From contig CAVSGO010000007.1 in the NCBI GenBank assembly GCA_963727525.1, positions 1,536,001 to 1,600,000 of the forward strand: DNA of 64,000 nt, in the 5' to 3' direction. Both the position numbers and the translations under genes were made by a program. Under the pieces are notes generated by a model. That model made no database searches, had not been told where the DNA came from, and saw only the letters and a list, made by a program, of their open reading frames with translations. Origin of the DNA: an uncultured bacterium (GTDB taxonomy: Bacteria > Krumholzibacteriota > Krumholzibacteriia > LZORAL124-64-63). Positions 8,981 through 21,926 of this stretch are shown here, piece after piece. Numbering within the stretch: position 1 is the stretch's first letter; each line of letters starts with the position of its first letter.

Positions 8981-10276
8981 CTACAGCGTGACGCCCGTCG
9001 GCGTCCAGATCATCTGCTCGCGGTCCTTCCCCACGCTCACACCGACGATGAGCACGCCAAGCTCGCGCTCGAGATACTCGAGGTACTGGCGAGCCGCGGC
9101 CGGCAGATCGCTGAGGCGTCGGCACTGGCTGATGGGCCGTTCCCAGCCGGGGAAGTCGCGGCACACGGGCCGGGCCCGCTGCAGCACGTCGTGGCGGATC
9201 TCGAAAGTCTCGCGCTGCTCGCCGTCCACCTCGTACGCGTGGGCCACCTTGATCGTCGGCAGCGTGTCGAGCACGTCGAGCTTGGTGATGACGACGCCGG
9301 TGAGGCCGTTGATCTCCACCGCATAGCGCCCTGCCACCAGATCGAACCAGCCGCAGCGCCGCGGCCGTCCGGTGGTGGAGCCATACTCGCCGCCGAGCTG
9401 GCGTAGCTGCTCCGCCTCGTCGGCCAGCAGTTCGGACGGGAAGGGCCCGTTGCCGACACGCGTGCAGTAAGCCTTGTAGATGCCCCACACGTCGCCCAGC
9501 ACGCGTGGCGGCAGTCCCGTGCCCGTGAGCGCGCCGCCCACGGTGCAATTGCTGCTCGTCACGAAGGGATACGTGCCGTGGTCGATATCCAGGAGCGATC
9601 CCTGGGCCCCCTCGAAGAGGGCCGACTCCGTGCCCTCGCGCACGCCGCGCAGGGCGGTGAAAGCGTCGACGATGAGCGGGCGCAGGCCGCGCGCCAGGAA
9701 GATGAGCTCCTCGGCCACGATCTTGGCCGGCAGCGGCTCCGCCTCGTAATGTTCCTGCAGGACCTCGTTCGCGCTCAGGATGTGCTCGATCGCCAGTCGC
9801 TCCAGATTGTCGTGGGGCAACAGCAGGTCACCAAGGCGCATGCCGCTGCGCATGAGCTTGTCCAGGTAGGCCGGACCGATCCCGCGACCGGTGGTGCCGA
9901 TGCTGCGGCGCTTGCGCTTCGATTCCTGCAACTCGTCCAGGCGCTTGTGGTACGGCATGAGCAGGTGCGCGCCACTGGCCACGAAGAGCCGGTTACGCAC
10001 CTTGAACCCGTTCTCCTCCAGCTCCACGATCTCGTCGCGCAGCGCCCAGGGATCGACCACGAGACCATTGCCGAGAAAGCAGCGCACGTTCTCGCGGAAG
10101 ACGCCCGAAGGCACCAGGTGCACCACGTGCTCCTTGCCGCTCACCCGCACGGTGTGGCCCGCGTTGGCGCCGCCCTGGTAACGGATGACCCAGTCGAGGC
10201 CCTCGCTGAGGGCGTCGATGATCTTGCCCTTGCCCTCGTCTCCCCACTGACCGCCGACGATGACTCGATTCTCCAC
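8981..10276 (-). CDS. purA: Adenylosuccinate synthetase
   Basis: GGQWGDEGKGK, GGANAGHT, IGTTGRGIGPAY, FEGAQG, GTYPFVTSS, TTGRPRRCGW. GTG start after GAGGAG gives 431 aa. Confidence 0.96.
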   Translation of the reverse strand: MENRVIVGGQWGDEGKGKIIDALSEGLDWVIRYQGGANAGHTVRVSGKEHVVHLVPSGVFRENVRCFLGNGLVVDPWALRDEIVELEENGFKVRNRLFVASGAHLLMPYHKRLDELQESKRKRRSIGTTGRGIGPAYLDKLMRSGMRLGDLLLPHDNLERLAIEHILSANEVLQEHYEAEPLPAKIVAEELIFLARGLRPLIVDAFTALRGVREGTESALFEGAQGSLLDIDHGTYPFVTSSNCTVGGALTGTGLPPRVLGDVWGIYKAYCTRVGNGPFPSELLADEAEQLRQLGGEYGSTTGRPRRCGWFDLVAGRYAVEINGLTGVVITKLDVLDTLPTIKVAHAYEVDGEQRETFEIRHDVLQRARPVCRDFPGWERPISQCRRLSDLPAAARQYLEYLERELGVLIVGVSVGKDREQMIWTPTGVTL

Positions 10277-10323
10277 CGTGGACTCCTCGGGTTCCGTCGC
10301 CGCGAGCCTGGCTTTGCCCAGCC

Positions 10324-10348
10324 AAAAAAAAAGCCCGCGACCGAGCCC
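10324..10348 (-). terminator. Intrinsic terminator after the small CxxCH gene
   Basis: Minus strand GGGCTCG-GTCG-CGGGC followed by T9; a GCCGTCTG-GGAA-CAGACGGT hairpin lies just upstream. Confidence 0.65.
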
Positions 10349-10377
10349 GGATCGACCGTCTGTTCCCAGACGGCCCG

Positions 10378-10794
10378 TTACCTCGTTTCGAACAGTGCTT
10401 TCAGATCGCCCCAGGCGGTAGCATCGATCAACGACCCGCAATCCTCGACGCCGGGATTCGAGGTCAGGCTGGTCACGTTTCCGTCCGTGATCCCGTCGCC
10501 ATCGGCGTCGCCCAGCTCCACGCCGTTCGCGCAGCCATCGAAGTCGGAATCGAGGGCCGCCAGCGTCCCGTCCCACTGCCGCAGGTTCGCGAGGAAATCG
10601 TCTCCGAAGCGGTTCAGGGCGTCATCGCCGGTCTCGTCCGGCGCGGATATATGGCAGATCACACAGGTGAAGGGGTCGGAGATCGGTAGGCGAGCCATGT
10701 CCTGCGTCGTGGCATGGGCTGGCGCGACGAGCCCCGCCACCACGAGGGCGACGGTCCACACCACGGCTCCAACCTTGCTTCTGGCGGCTCGCAT
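10378..10794 (-). CDS. Small secreted monoheme (CxxCH) protein with DxDxDG motifs and WGxxKxxF tail
   Basis: Signal peptide ending PAHA; CVICH; LNRFGDDF; LDSDFDGCANGVELGDADGDG; ends TAWGDLKALFETR. Start uncertain (10794, 10806 or 10821). Confidence 0.75.
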   Translation of the reverse strand: MRAARSKVGAVVWTVALVVAGLVAPAHATTQDMARLPISDPFTCVICHISAPDETGDDALNRFGDDFLANLRQWDGTLAALDSDFDGCANGVELGDADGDGITDGNVTSLTSNPGVEDCGSLIDATAWGDLKALFETR

Positions 10795-10829
10795 TCGAAC
10801 GGACATCTCCTTGTGTTCCATCTGCCTCC

Positions 10830-10859
10830 ATTATACCCACGGACGCCGGTGGAAGTCAA
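10830..10859 (-). promoter_or_regulatory. Sigma70-type promoter for the CxxCH gene
   Basis: TTGACT-N18-TATAAT overlapping the engB stop codon. Confidence 0.65.
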
Positions 10860-11464
10860 ATATCAGCTTCCGTGTCATCCCCCACCGCCGGAGCGAGCAG
10901 ATCCTCCATCCATCCGAGCAACTCCTTGCGCCCCAGCTTTTTGGCGGCGCTGGTGGGCACGAAGGGCGTGGTGGGTGGCAGCGCCAGCCCGGCGATGATG
11001 CGCCGGTACTGCCCGGTGCGATCGACCTGGGCCACCTTGTCGATCTTCGTCACCGCCACTGCGTAGGGATGGCCGCAATCCCGGATCCAGCCGGCGACCT
11101 CGCGATCCTGTGCGCTGGGCTCGTGGCGGCCGTCGAGGAGATGCACCACGGCCAGGGCCCTGTCCTGCCCCGCGAGCAGCCGGCGAAACAGTGTCCACCA
11201 GCGCTCGCGTCGTTCCTTGCTGACGCGAGCGTAGCCGTAGCCCGGCAGATCGACCAGGTGATAGCGATCGTCGACGAGGTAGTAGTTCAGGAGCTGGGTC
11301 TTGCCCGGGCGCCCGCTGGTGTGGGCGAGGTTGCGCCGCTGCAAGAGGTAGTTGATGAGCGACGATTTCCCGCAATTGCTGCGCCCGAGGAACACGAACT
11401 CCGGCAACGGCGTCGCGGGGCGATCGGTGAGATCGGCGCAGCTCTTGACGAACACCACTTCCAT
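10856..11464 (-). CDS. engB: Ribosome biogenesis GTPase YihA/YsxC/EngB
   Basis: GRSNCGKSSLIN, PGKTQLLN, DLPGYGY, TKIDK; canonical position after lon. Confidence 0.93.
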   Translation of the reverse strand: MEVVFVKSCADLTDRPATPLPEFVFLGRSNCGKSSLINYLLQRRNLAHTSGRPGKTQLLNYYLVDDRYHLVDLPGYGYARVSKERRERWWTLFRRLLAGQDRALAVVHLLDGRHEPSAQDREVAGWIRDCGHPYAVAVTKIDKVAQVDRTGQYRRIIAGLALPPTTPFVPTSAAKKLGRKELLGWMEDLLAPAVGDDTEADI

Positions 11465-11504
11465 GGGCCGCCTCAGAACCTCGCAGCACTGGCCGTGCCG
11501 CGGG

Positions 11505-13853
<2,349 letters not shown>

Positions 13854-13869
13854 CGCTCATCCTCGCCAA

Positions 13870-13904
13870 GCGAACGAGCCGGGCTGGGGCCGCGGCTCGT
13901 TCGC
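13870..13904. other. 12-bp stem-loop in the clpX-lon spacer
   Basis: GCGAACGAGCCG...CGGCTCGTTCGC, immediately upstream of the lon RBS. Confidence 0.45.
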
Positions 13905-13923
13905 AAGTCGGACATGGTGGGAA

Positions 13924-15189
<1,266 letters not shown>

Positions 15190-15259
15190 CTTCCCTCCCC
15201 GGTCCGAAGTCGAGGGGACCTTTCAGTCGGCCCGGTCTCTAGACGTGATCCCTGGACGA

Positions 15260-15865
15260 TCAGTCCTTCTTCTTCGCAATGATCTCTTCACGGCTTTCGA
15301 TCACCTTGTCGACGAGGCCGTACTCGCGAGCCTCCTCGGCCGACATGAAGAAATCGCGATCGCTGTCCAGCGCGATCTTCTTCGCTTCCTGCCCGGAATG
15401 ACGGGCCAGGATCTCGTAAAGCTTGTCCCGGACCTTGAGGATCTCCTTGGTGTAGATCTCCAGCATCGCGGCCTGACCCTGGCTTCCGCCCAGGGGCTGG
15501 TGGATCATCACGCGGGAGTTCTTCAACGCCGAGCGCTTGCCTTTGGCTCCGGCCGCGAGCAGGACGGCGGCCATGCTCGAAGCCTGCCCCATGCAGATGG
15601 TAACTACATCATTTGTAATGTATTGCATCGTATCGTAAATAGCAAGTCCGGCGGTCACGCTGCCGCCTGGACTGTTGATGTAGACGTAGATATCCCGCTC
15701 CGGGTCCTCGGCCTGCAGGAAAAGCATCTGGGCGATGATCAGGTTGGACACGTTGTCGTCCACGGGCGAGCCCAGAAAGACGATCCGGTCCTTCAGGAGA
15801 CGCGAATAGATGTCGTAAGCGCGCTCGCCGTGACTCGTCTGGTCCACTACCATCGGGACAAGCAT
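15260..15865 (-). CDS. clpP: ATP-dependent Clp protease proteolytic subunit
   Basis: [40 protein letters not shown] before ATG 15865. Confidence 0.97.
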   Translation of the reverse strand: MLVPMVVDQTSHGERAYDIYSRLLKDRIVFLGSPVDDNVSNLIIAQMLFLQAEDPERDIYVYINSPGGSVTAGLAIYDTMQYITNDVVTICMGQASSMAAVLLAAGAKGKRSALKNSRVMIHQPLGGSQGQAAMLEIYTKEILKVRDKLYEILARHSGQEAKKIALDSDRDFFMSAEEAREYGLVDKVIESREEIIAKKKD

Positions 15866-15972
15866 GGTCGCTCCTTTGCTGGGCAAAGGCGCCTCGGAAC
15901 GACGCCAAGCCCGGTGAACCCACCAGGAGGCTGGGGGTTCCCTCCCCCGCCCCGCGGCCTTGCCAACACAGT

Positions 15973-17322
15973 CTAGCCAGTGGCCCCATCGGCCGCATCG
16001 GCCTGACCGGCCCCCGGCTCCTCATGCACGATCTGGGCCCGCGCCAGGAGCAAGTCGTAGGCCTTGCGCTCGTTCACCTCGCGGCGAATCCGCTCACGCT
16101 CCTCGCCGCGGTTCACGTAGTCCCGGAATTTCTCCAGGTCGAAACCGTTCTCGGCCGCATGCACCGCGATGCGGTCGTCAATCTCCTGATCCGTCGCCTC
16201 GAGGTTCTCCTGGCCACGTACAGCCTCGAGCAGGAACAGGCCCTTGATGACGCGCTCGGCCATGGGCCGGGCAGCCTCGCGGTACTTCTGGTCCTCGTCG
16301 TCACTGCTCTCGCGCCCCATCTTGGTGTTGCGCTCGTGCAGCTCCTTGATCCCCATCTCGAGATAGTCGGCAACCATGCTGGGCGGCACCGGCACCTCGT
16401 TGCGCTCGACGAGCGCCTCGAGCACCTGTTCGTCCATCTCCTGGGCGATGCGGCGGCGCGCCTCCTCCTCGAGCTTCTCGCGCACGGTGTCGCGCAGCTC
16501 GGCCAAAGTCTGGCCCTCCTGCAGGGAACTGGCAAAGGCGTCATCCACCGTGGGCACCGTACGCGCCCGCACCTCCGTGACATGACAGCGGAACGCCACG
16601 GTGCGGCCCTGCATGGCGGTGTTGGGATAGTCGTCCGGGTAGGTCGCCGTCACGGTGCGCTCGTCGCCGGCCGACGCGCCGAAGAGCCCCTCGTTGAAGG
16701 CCGGCAGGTTCTGCTCACTGTCGAGGATGATGCTCTGACCGACGAGTCGCTTGTCCTCCTGCGCCGTGCCGTCTTCGTCCACGGGCACCAGGTCCATGAC
16801 CACCTGATCGGTCGCCGCCGCGGGTCGCTCCGCCTTCTCGAAGTAGGCGCGGCTCTCCTGCAGACGGGCGATCATCTCGTCCACCTCCGATTCGGCCACC
16901 TCGGCGGCCCGCTCGCGCACCGGCAAGTTCTCATAGTCGTGTGCCGTCACCTCGGGCCTCACCTCCACCACGAGGTCGAAGCCGAGATCCTGGCCTTCCT
17001 CGAACTTGAGGTTCTCCACCCGGGGATCGGTGAGCGGGTAGAGACCATGTTCCACGACGGCCGCACGATACGCGCGTGGCACCAGCCCCTCGAACGTGTC
17101 GGCGCGCAGGCGGCTGCCCAGCTCGCGCTCCACGACCGGGCGAGGCGTCTTGCCCTTGCGGAAACCGGGCCGCTTGTGGTTGCGCACCGCCTCGGTGAGC
17201 CGTCGTTGATATTCCTGTTCGAATGCGGGCCGGGTCATCGACACCTTGATGATGCGCTGCCAGGGCTCGGGCGATTCGACGTCGATCTGGAATCCGTGAC
17301 CGGAAGAAGCATGCTGTGTCAT
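15973..17322 (-). CDS. tig: Trigger factor
   Basis: PGFRKGK signature; tRNA-Leu-tig-clpP-clpX-lon synteny. The track ORF extends wrongly into the tRNA. Confidence 0.93.
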   Translation of the reverse strand: MTQHASSGHGFQIDVESPEPWQRIIKVSMTRPAFEQEYQRRLTEAVRNHKRPGFRKGKTPRPVVERELGSRLRADTFEGLVPRAYRAAVVEHGLYPLTDPRVENLKFEEGQDLGFDLVVEVRPEVTAHDYENLPVRERAAEVAESEVDEMIARLQESRAYFEKAERPAAATDQVVMDLVPVDEDGTAQEDKRLVGQSIILDSEQNLPAFNEGLFGASAGDERTVTATYPDDYPNTAMQGRTVAFRCHVTEVRARTVPTVDDAFASSLQEGQTLAELRDTVREKLEEEARRRIAQEMDEQVLEALVERNEVPVPPSMVADYLEMGIKELHERNTKMGRESSDDEDQKYREAARPMAERVIKGLFLLEAVRGQENLEATDQEIDDRIAVHAAENGFDLEKFRDYVNRGEERERIRREVNERKAYDLLLARAQIVHEEPGAGQADAADGATG

Positions 17323-17384
17323 CGAAGAACCTCGTCGTGACGAGAGGCCGGCATCGCGATCGATTCCGGGCACCCGTACTTGGC

Positions 17385-17469
17385 TGGTGCGAGAGGGGGG
17401 ACTCGAACCCCCACGGGTCGCCCCACAGGGACCTAAACCCTGCGCGTCTACCAGTTCCGCCACTCTCGC
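17385..17469 (-). tRNA. tRNA-Leu (anticodon UAG)
   Basis: GCGAGAGTGGCGGAACTGGTAGACGCGCAGGG-TTTAGGT-CCCTG, long variable arm, GGTTCGAGTCC, ends CTCTCGCACCA; 85 nt. Confidence 0.97.
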
Positions 17470-17545
17470 GCTCACCCGCGACCGCGGGTACCGGACCGAT
17501 CTGGGACCAGGGTCAGATTGCGGCTATCCCCTGAGAGGAGGCCCC

Positions 17546-17574
17546 AATGTAGCAAGGCGCCCGGAGAGGGTCAA
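17546..17574 (-). promoter_or_regulatory. Sigma70-type promoter for tRNA-Leu/tig operon
   Basis: TTGACC-N17-TACATT with an extended TG. Confidence 0.7.
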
Positions 17575-17589
17575 GGTGGCGCCAGATTG

Positions 17590-18963
17590 TCACTTCAGCT
17601 TGCGATAGATGGTACGCGAGGCGATGCCGAGGATCTTGGCGGCCGTCTCCTTGTCGCCCCCCACGCTGTCGAGCGTGGCCTCGATGAGCTGCATCTCCGC
17701 GCGGTCGAGGGTGGTGCCCACGGGGATGGTCACGTGCTCGAGCCGCTTGCGTCCCGCCAGGATCGTCGATGGCAACACGTCCACATCGACGAACGGCCCC
17801 TTGCTCAGGACGACCGCGCGCTCCACGCAGTTCTCCAGCTCGCGTACGTTGCCCGGCCAGGCGTAGCGGACGAGCGCCTCGAGCGCCGCCTTCGTGAACC
17901 CGCCCAGGTCCTTGCCATTCTTGGCGTTGAGGATCTGCAGGAAGTAGTTGGCAAGCAGGATCACATCCTCGCCGCGGGCGCGCAGGGGCGGCAGCTCGAT
18001 GTTGATGACGTTGAGTCGATAGAACAGATCCTCGCGAAACTCGCCACGGGCCACCTTGTCGGGCAGGCTGGCATTGGTGGCGGCCACGAGGCGGACGTCG
18101 GCCTCCACGGGCTCGTTGCTGCCCAGGCGTTCGAACATTCCCTCCTGCAGGACGCGCAGCAGCTTGACCTGCGTGGTGGGTGTCATCTCCCCCACCTCGT
18201 CGAGGAAGAGCGTCCCGCGATCGGCCATCTCGAAGCGCCCCTTGCGGCGACCGACCGCGCCGGTGAAGGCGCCCTTCTCGTAGCCGAAGAGTTCGGCCTC
18301 CAGCAGGGTCTCGGGCAGGGCGGCGCAGCTCACCTTCACCAGGGCGCGCGCTCGTCGTTCGCTCCAGCGATGGACCGCGTTGGCAAAGACCTCCTTGCCC
18401 GTACCGCTCTCGCCCGTCAGGAGCACGGTGGCGGTGCTGGGCGCCACCTGCCGCGCCGTCTCCACCGCCTGCCGCATGACGTCGCTGCGGCCGATGATGT
18501 CGTGCTGGCCCTGGATCTCCTCGAGTTGACGGCGCAGCTCGAGGTTCTCGGCCAGGAGCTGCTGCTTCTCCAGAGCCTTGCGCACCACATTGAGCGTGGT
18601 GGCCGAAGTGAAGGGCTTCTCGATGAAGTCGTAGGCCCCCAGCTTCATCGCGTCGACAGCGGCCTCGATGGTGCCATGGCCGGTGATGATGACGAACTCG
18701 GTGGCGGGCGCCAGGACTTGCGCCGCCTTGAGCAAATCGAGACCGCCCATGCGCGGCATCACCAGGTCGGAGAGCACGAGGTGCACCTCGTGCTGGCGCA
18801 GGATGGCGAGAGCCGCCTCGCCGTCGCCGGCCGTCAGCACGTCGTAGCCATTGCGGATCAGCAGCTTGCCGAGGGCGCGGCAAAGCTCGGGCTCGTCGTC
18901 CACCACCAGGATGGCCGGGCGGACGGCGGGCGAGGTCGTGGTGAGGTCTTCGTCGACGGCCAT
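17590..18963 (-). CDS. Sigma54-dependent response regulator (NtrC/AtoC/ZraR family)
   Basis: Receiver domain (LVVDDE, LSDLVMP, EKP), [37 protein letters not shown], Fis-type HTH. Confidence 0.95.
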   Translation of the reverse strand: MAVDEDLTTTSPAVRPAILVVDDEPELCRALGKLLIRNGYDVLTAGDGEAALAILRQHEVHLVLSDLVMPRMGGLDLLKAAQVLAPATEFVIITGHGTIEAAVDAMKLGAYDFIEKPFTSATTLNVVRKALEKQQLLAENLELRRQLEEIQGQHDIIGRSDVMRQAVETARQVAPSTATVLLTGESGTGKEVFANAVHRWSERRARALVKVSCAALPETLLEAELFGYEKGAFTGAVGRRKGRFEMADRGTLFLDEVGEMTPTTQVKLLRVLQEGMFERLGSNEPVEADVRLVAATNASLPDKVARGEFREDLFYRLNVINIELPPLRARGEDVILLANYFLQILNAKNGKDLGGFTKAALEALVRYAWPGNVRELENCVERAVVLSKGPFVDVDVLPSTILAGRKRLEHVTIPVGTTLDRAEMQLIEATLDSVGGDKETAAKILGIASRTIYRKLK

Positions 18964-19154
18964 GGCGCGCTCTCCGCACGGCTTCGGGTGCGGCGACAAC
19001 TTGTCAAGGATTCGACAATGCGTCAAGAGGCGTCCTCGCGGGGTCGGATCGCGCGGCCAATCGCAGGTTGGCGCGGCTCCGCGCTTACGGTACCCTTCCC
19101 GGAACCTGTGCATCCGAGCCTCGGCCACCCAGCGCCCTGCGGAAGGACACGACG

Positions 19155-20576
19155 ATGACCGAGCCCCCTGCCGTCTCCGGCGCCACCACCTGGCGATTCT
19201 CCCCGGCATTCTGGATCGCCAACGGCGTGGAACTCCTCGAGCGCGCGGCCTGGTACGGCGTCTTCGTGGCCATCACGCTGTACCTCTCCCGCATCCTCGG
19301 GTTCAGCGACGTCGCGGCCGGCGTCATCTCCGGCGTGTTCTCGGCGGGCCTCTACTTCCTGCCCACCTTCAGCGGAGCCTGGGCCGATCGCATCGGCTTC
19401 CGCGCCGCGCTGTTGCTGGCCTTCGGACTGCTGACGCTCGGCTACGGACTCATGTGGGTGTTGCCGGAGGTGCTGCAGTCGGCCGGCCTGGTGCAGTATG
19501 GGCGCGAGGTCGTCTTCACCGGCCTCGAGTCGACGGGCTATCGCTGGCTGTTCATCCCGGTGATGCTCATCGTCATGGTGGGCGGGTCGTTCATCAAGTC
19601 GGTGATCACCGGCACCGTGGCGCGCGAGACCACCGTGGGCAACCGCGCCCGCGGCTACTCCATCTTCTATGCGATGGTCAACGTCGGCGCGTTCTCCGGC
19701 AAGACGCTCGTGCATCCCCTGCGCGCCAACCTCGGTAACGAGGGCCTGATCGTGCTCAATCTGATGGCGGCGGGATGCACGCTCCTGGCCTTCGTCCTGG
19801 TGCTGCTCTTCTACCGCAGCGCCCGCGCCGAGGGACCGGCTCGCACGTTCGCCGAGATCGGCCACGCCCTCTGGGCCGTGCTGCGTCAGGGGCGGCTCAT
19901 GGTGCTGATCCTGATCATCACCGGCTTCTGGATGGTGCAGAGCCAGCTCTACGCCACCATGCCGAAGTACGTGCTGCGCATGGCGGGCGAGGGCACGGCC
20001 TTCGCGTGGTACGCCAACGTGAACCCGGCGGTGGTGGTGCTCACCGTGGCCTGGGTGACGCAGATGATGCGCCATCGCAGCGCCTTGATATCGATGACGG
20101 TGGGCATGTTGATCATGCCCATCTCCGCCTTCTGCATGGCGGCCGGCAACATGATCGACAGCACGATCCTCGGGCAGAACCCGATCGCGGTGATGATGAT
20201 CGTGGGCATCGCCTTCCAGGGTGTCGCCGAGAGCTTCATCTCGCCTCGCTACCTCGAGTACTTCTCGCTGCAGGCACCGCGCGGCGAGGAGGGGCTCTAC
20301 CTGGGCTTCAGCCACCTGCACTCGTTCTTCTCGGCGATCCTGGGCTTCAGCCTGTCGGGCATCCTGCTTGAGCACTGGTGCCCCGAGCCGACCATGCTCC
20401 CGAACGCGGTGCAGTCGGCCCGCCTCGCCTGGCTCGCGGGCCAGGGTCCGGTGCCGGCGCAGTACGCCCACGCCCACTACATCTGGTTCGTCTTCGTGGG
20501 GGTGGCGCTGGCCTCGGCTCTCGCGCTCATCATCTTCGGCCGCGTGACGGCGCGGCGAGACGCCCCGCATGAGTGA
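19155..20576 (+). CDS. MFS transporter, POT/PTR peptide transporter-like
   Basis: ExxER motif (ELLERAAWYG), GAWADRIG, GYSIFYAMVNVGAF; about 12 hydrophobic segments. Confidence 0.85.
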   Translation: MTEPPAVSGATTWRFSPAFWIANGVELLERAAWYGVFVAITLYLSRILGFSDVAAGVISGVFSAGLYFLPTFSGAWADRIGFRAALLLAFGLLTLGYGLMWVLPEVLQSAGLVQYGREVVFTGLESTGYRWLFIPVMLIVMVGGSFIKSVITGTVARETTVGNRARGYSIFYAMVNVGAFSGKTLVHPLRANLGNEGLIVLNLMAAGCTLLAFVLVLLFYRSARAEGPARTFAEIGHALWAVLRQGRLMVLILIITGFWMVQSQLYATMPKYVLRMAGEGTAFAWYANVNPAVVVLTVAWVTQMMRHRSALISMTVGMLIMPISAFCMAAGNMIDSTILGQNPIAVMMIVGIAFQGVAESFISPRYLEYFSLQAPRGEEGLYLGFSHLHSFFSAILGFSLSGILLEHWCPEPTMLPNAVQSARLAWLAGQGPVPAQYAHAHYIWFVFVGVALASALALIIFGRVTARRDAPHE

Positions 20577-20594
20577 CGGCGACGAGCGGGATCG

Positions 20595-21497
20595 TTAGGT
20601 TGTGCCGTCGAAATTGTGTCCGCGGCCCGCGGCCATCGCCGGCGTCTCGCCCGGCCGCTTCACCCGCCGTGACTGCACCCATTTGCGCCAGACCGCCAGG
20701 ATCGCCAGGCGGTACGTCGACCCCTGCCTCCGCTTCGACCACGCGATCGTCTCCCGACGGTGATTCGCGCTCGCATGTCGCAAGATCAAGTCCAGCAAAT
20801 TCACCTCCCACAACGGATTGTCCTTGTCCCGGCGCTCCTTCGAGTGCGTCACCTGGTGCTGGATCCTGTGGGGCAGACTCGCGATGGCACGCTTGTAGGC
20901 GGGGTGATCGTCGCTGCGGACCGTCACCAGCCGTTCACACTTCGCGAGCACCATCGCCAGCAAGCCGCGAATGCCCTTCTGCACCGCCTTGGGGTCCGGT
21001 CGGCCGAATTGCTCTTCGAGATCCTGGCGACGACGCTTCTGGTAGGCCGTCATGCGACCCTTGCGGCGTAGCGGGCTGTCGGTGAAGCCCCGGATCAGCC
21101 CCGACTTCGCGTCGACGGCGAGGTTGTGGTGGAAGGGGAAGTACTGGCTGAGTTCGAAGGTCTCGAGTCCGTCGATCACGATGTCCGCAGGGGGCGGAGC
21201 CTTCAGCATCTCCTGGGCGAAGAAGAGCAGACAATGGCGACCGAGGCGGTCGAGCTGGCGGTTGACGGTGGTGGGGCAGACGGCGAGATCACGGGCGGCC
21301 TGGCGATTGGCCATGGCGCCGCAGGTCTTGGCCATGAGCTGGGGGAGGATGTCTGGTCGCTTGAGCCAGTAGTCCGGGGAGAAAGTCTGTGAACTGAAGG
21401 AGACACGGCAGTGTCGGCAGAGAAACCTGGGGATACGGTGGGGACATGGCCCTCGGCCAGGGCAAGCCGGAGGCCGGACACATTTTCGACGGCACAA
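20595..21497 (-). CDS. IS1-family-like transposase, possibly truncated
   Basis: RFLCRHC zinc-finger half, HTH (NRQAARDLAVCPTTVNR), IDGLETF, SDDHPAY, LRH...RRETIAWSK, TPAMAAG. No good start codon inside the element. Confidence 0.75.
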   Translation of the reverse strand: MCRRKCVRPPACPGRGPCPHRIPRFLCRHCRVSFSSQTFSPDYWLKRPDILPQLMAKTCGAMANRQAARDLAVCPTTVNRQLDRLGRHCLLFFAQEMLKAPPPADIVIDGLETFELSQYFPFHHNLAVDAKSGLIRGFTDSPLRRKGRMTAYQKRRRQDLEEQFGRPDPKAVQKGIRGLLAMVLAKCERLVTVRSDDHPAYKRAIASLPHRIQHQVTHSKERRDKDNPLWEVNLLDLILRHASANHRRETIAWSKRRQGSTYRLAILAVWRKWVQSRRVKRPGETPAMAAGRGHNFDGTT

Positions 21498-21502
21498 CCT
21501 AA
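20595..21502. mobile_element. ~0.9 kb insertion sequence with 28-bp terminal inverted repeats
   Basis: Left end TTAGGTTGTGCCGTCGAAATTGTGTCCG (20595-20622) versus reverse complement of the right end TTAGGTTGTGCCGTCGAAAATGTGTCCG (21475-21502): 1 mismatch. Core ends GGnnnTG, flanked by TA on both sides. Confidence 0.85.
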
Positions 21503-21831
21503 ATATTTGATGCGCAGCAGCGAATTCCTGGCGATCGATGACTCCCTCCTTCGTTTACCCAGAGACAAGTCTATCACCGGCAGTGAGGAGCCTGTCAAGC
21601 GGGGCCGCGGATGCGCGCCGCGGGCGTCCTCGGTGTACGATTCTGGTTCCGGTTTGCCGGCGATTTGGCGCTAAGACCATGCGGAGGGGTTGGAGTGCGG
21701 GCGAGGGATCGTATGTCCGGAATCTCGACGAGGTTGGCAAAACTGCCCCCCAGCGAGCCGCCTCAGAGAGAGGGCAGCGACCCTCGCCTCTTCCCTGACC
21801 GGACGAAGTCGACCCGGGCGAACGGGACGAG

Positions 21832-21861
21832 CCCGGCCCCGCCGTCGCCAGCGGGGCCGGG
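21832..21861. terminator. Stem-loop downstream of the vor operon
   Basis: CCCGGCCCCGC-cgtcgcca-GCGGGGCCGGG, an 11-bp perfect stem. Confidence 0.4.
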
Positions 21862-21926
21862 AGCGCCACGGAGAGGGCGCGCAGAGCATCACATGGTCGG
21901 ACTCGTGCCCGAGTCGGCTATTGTCC

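Noticed and set aside
20594-20600. GTTAGGT as an integron attC core (GTTRRRY)
   Set aside because: It is part of the IS end. The partner reads ACCTAAA 900 bp away, and there is no integrase or cassette array.
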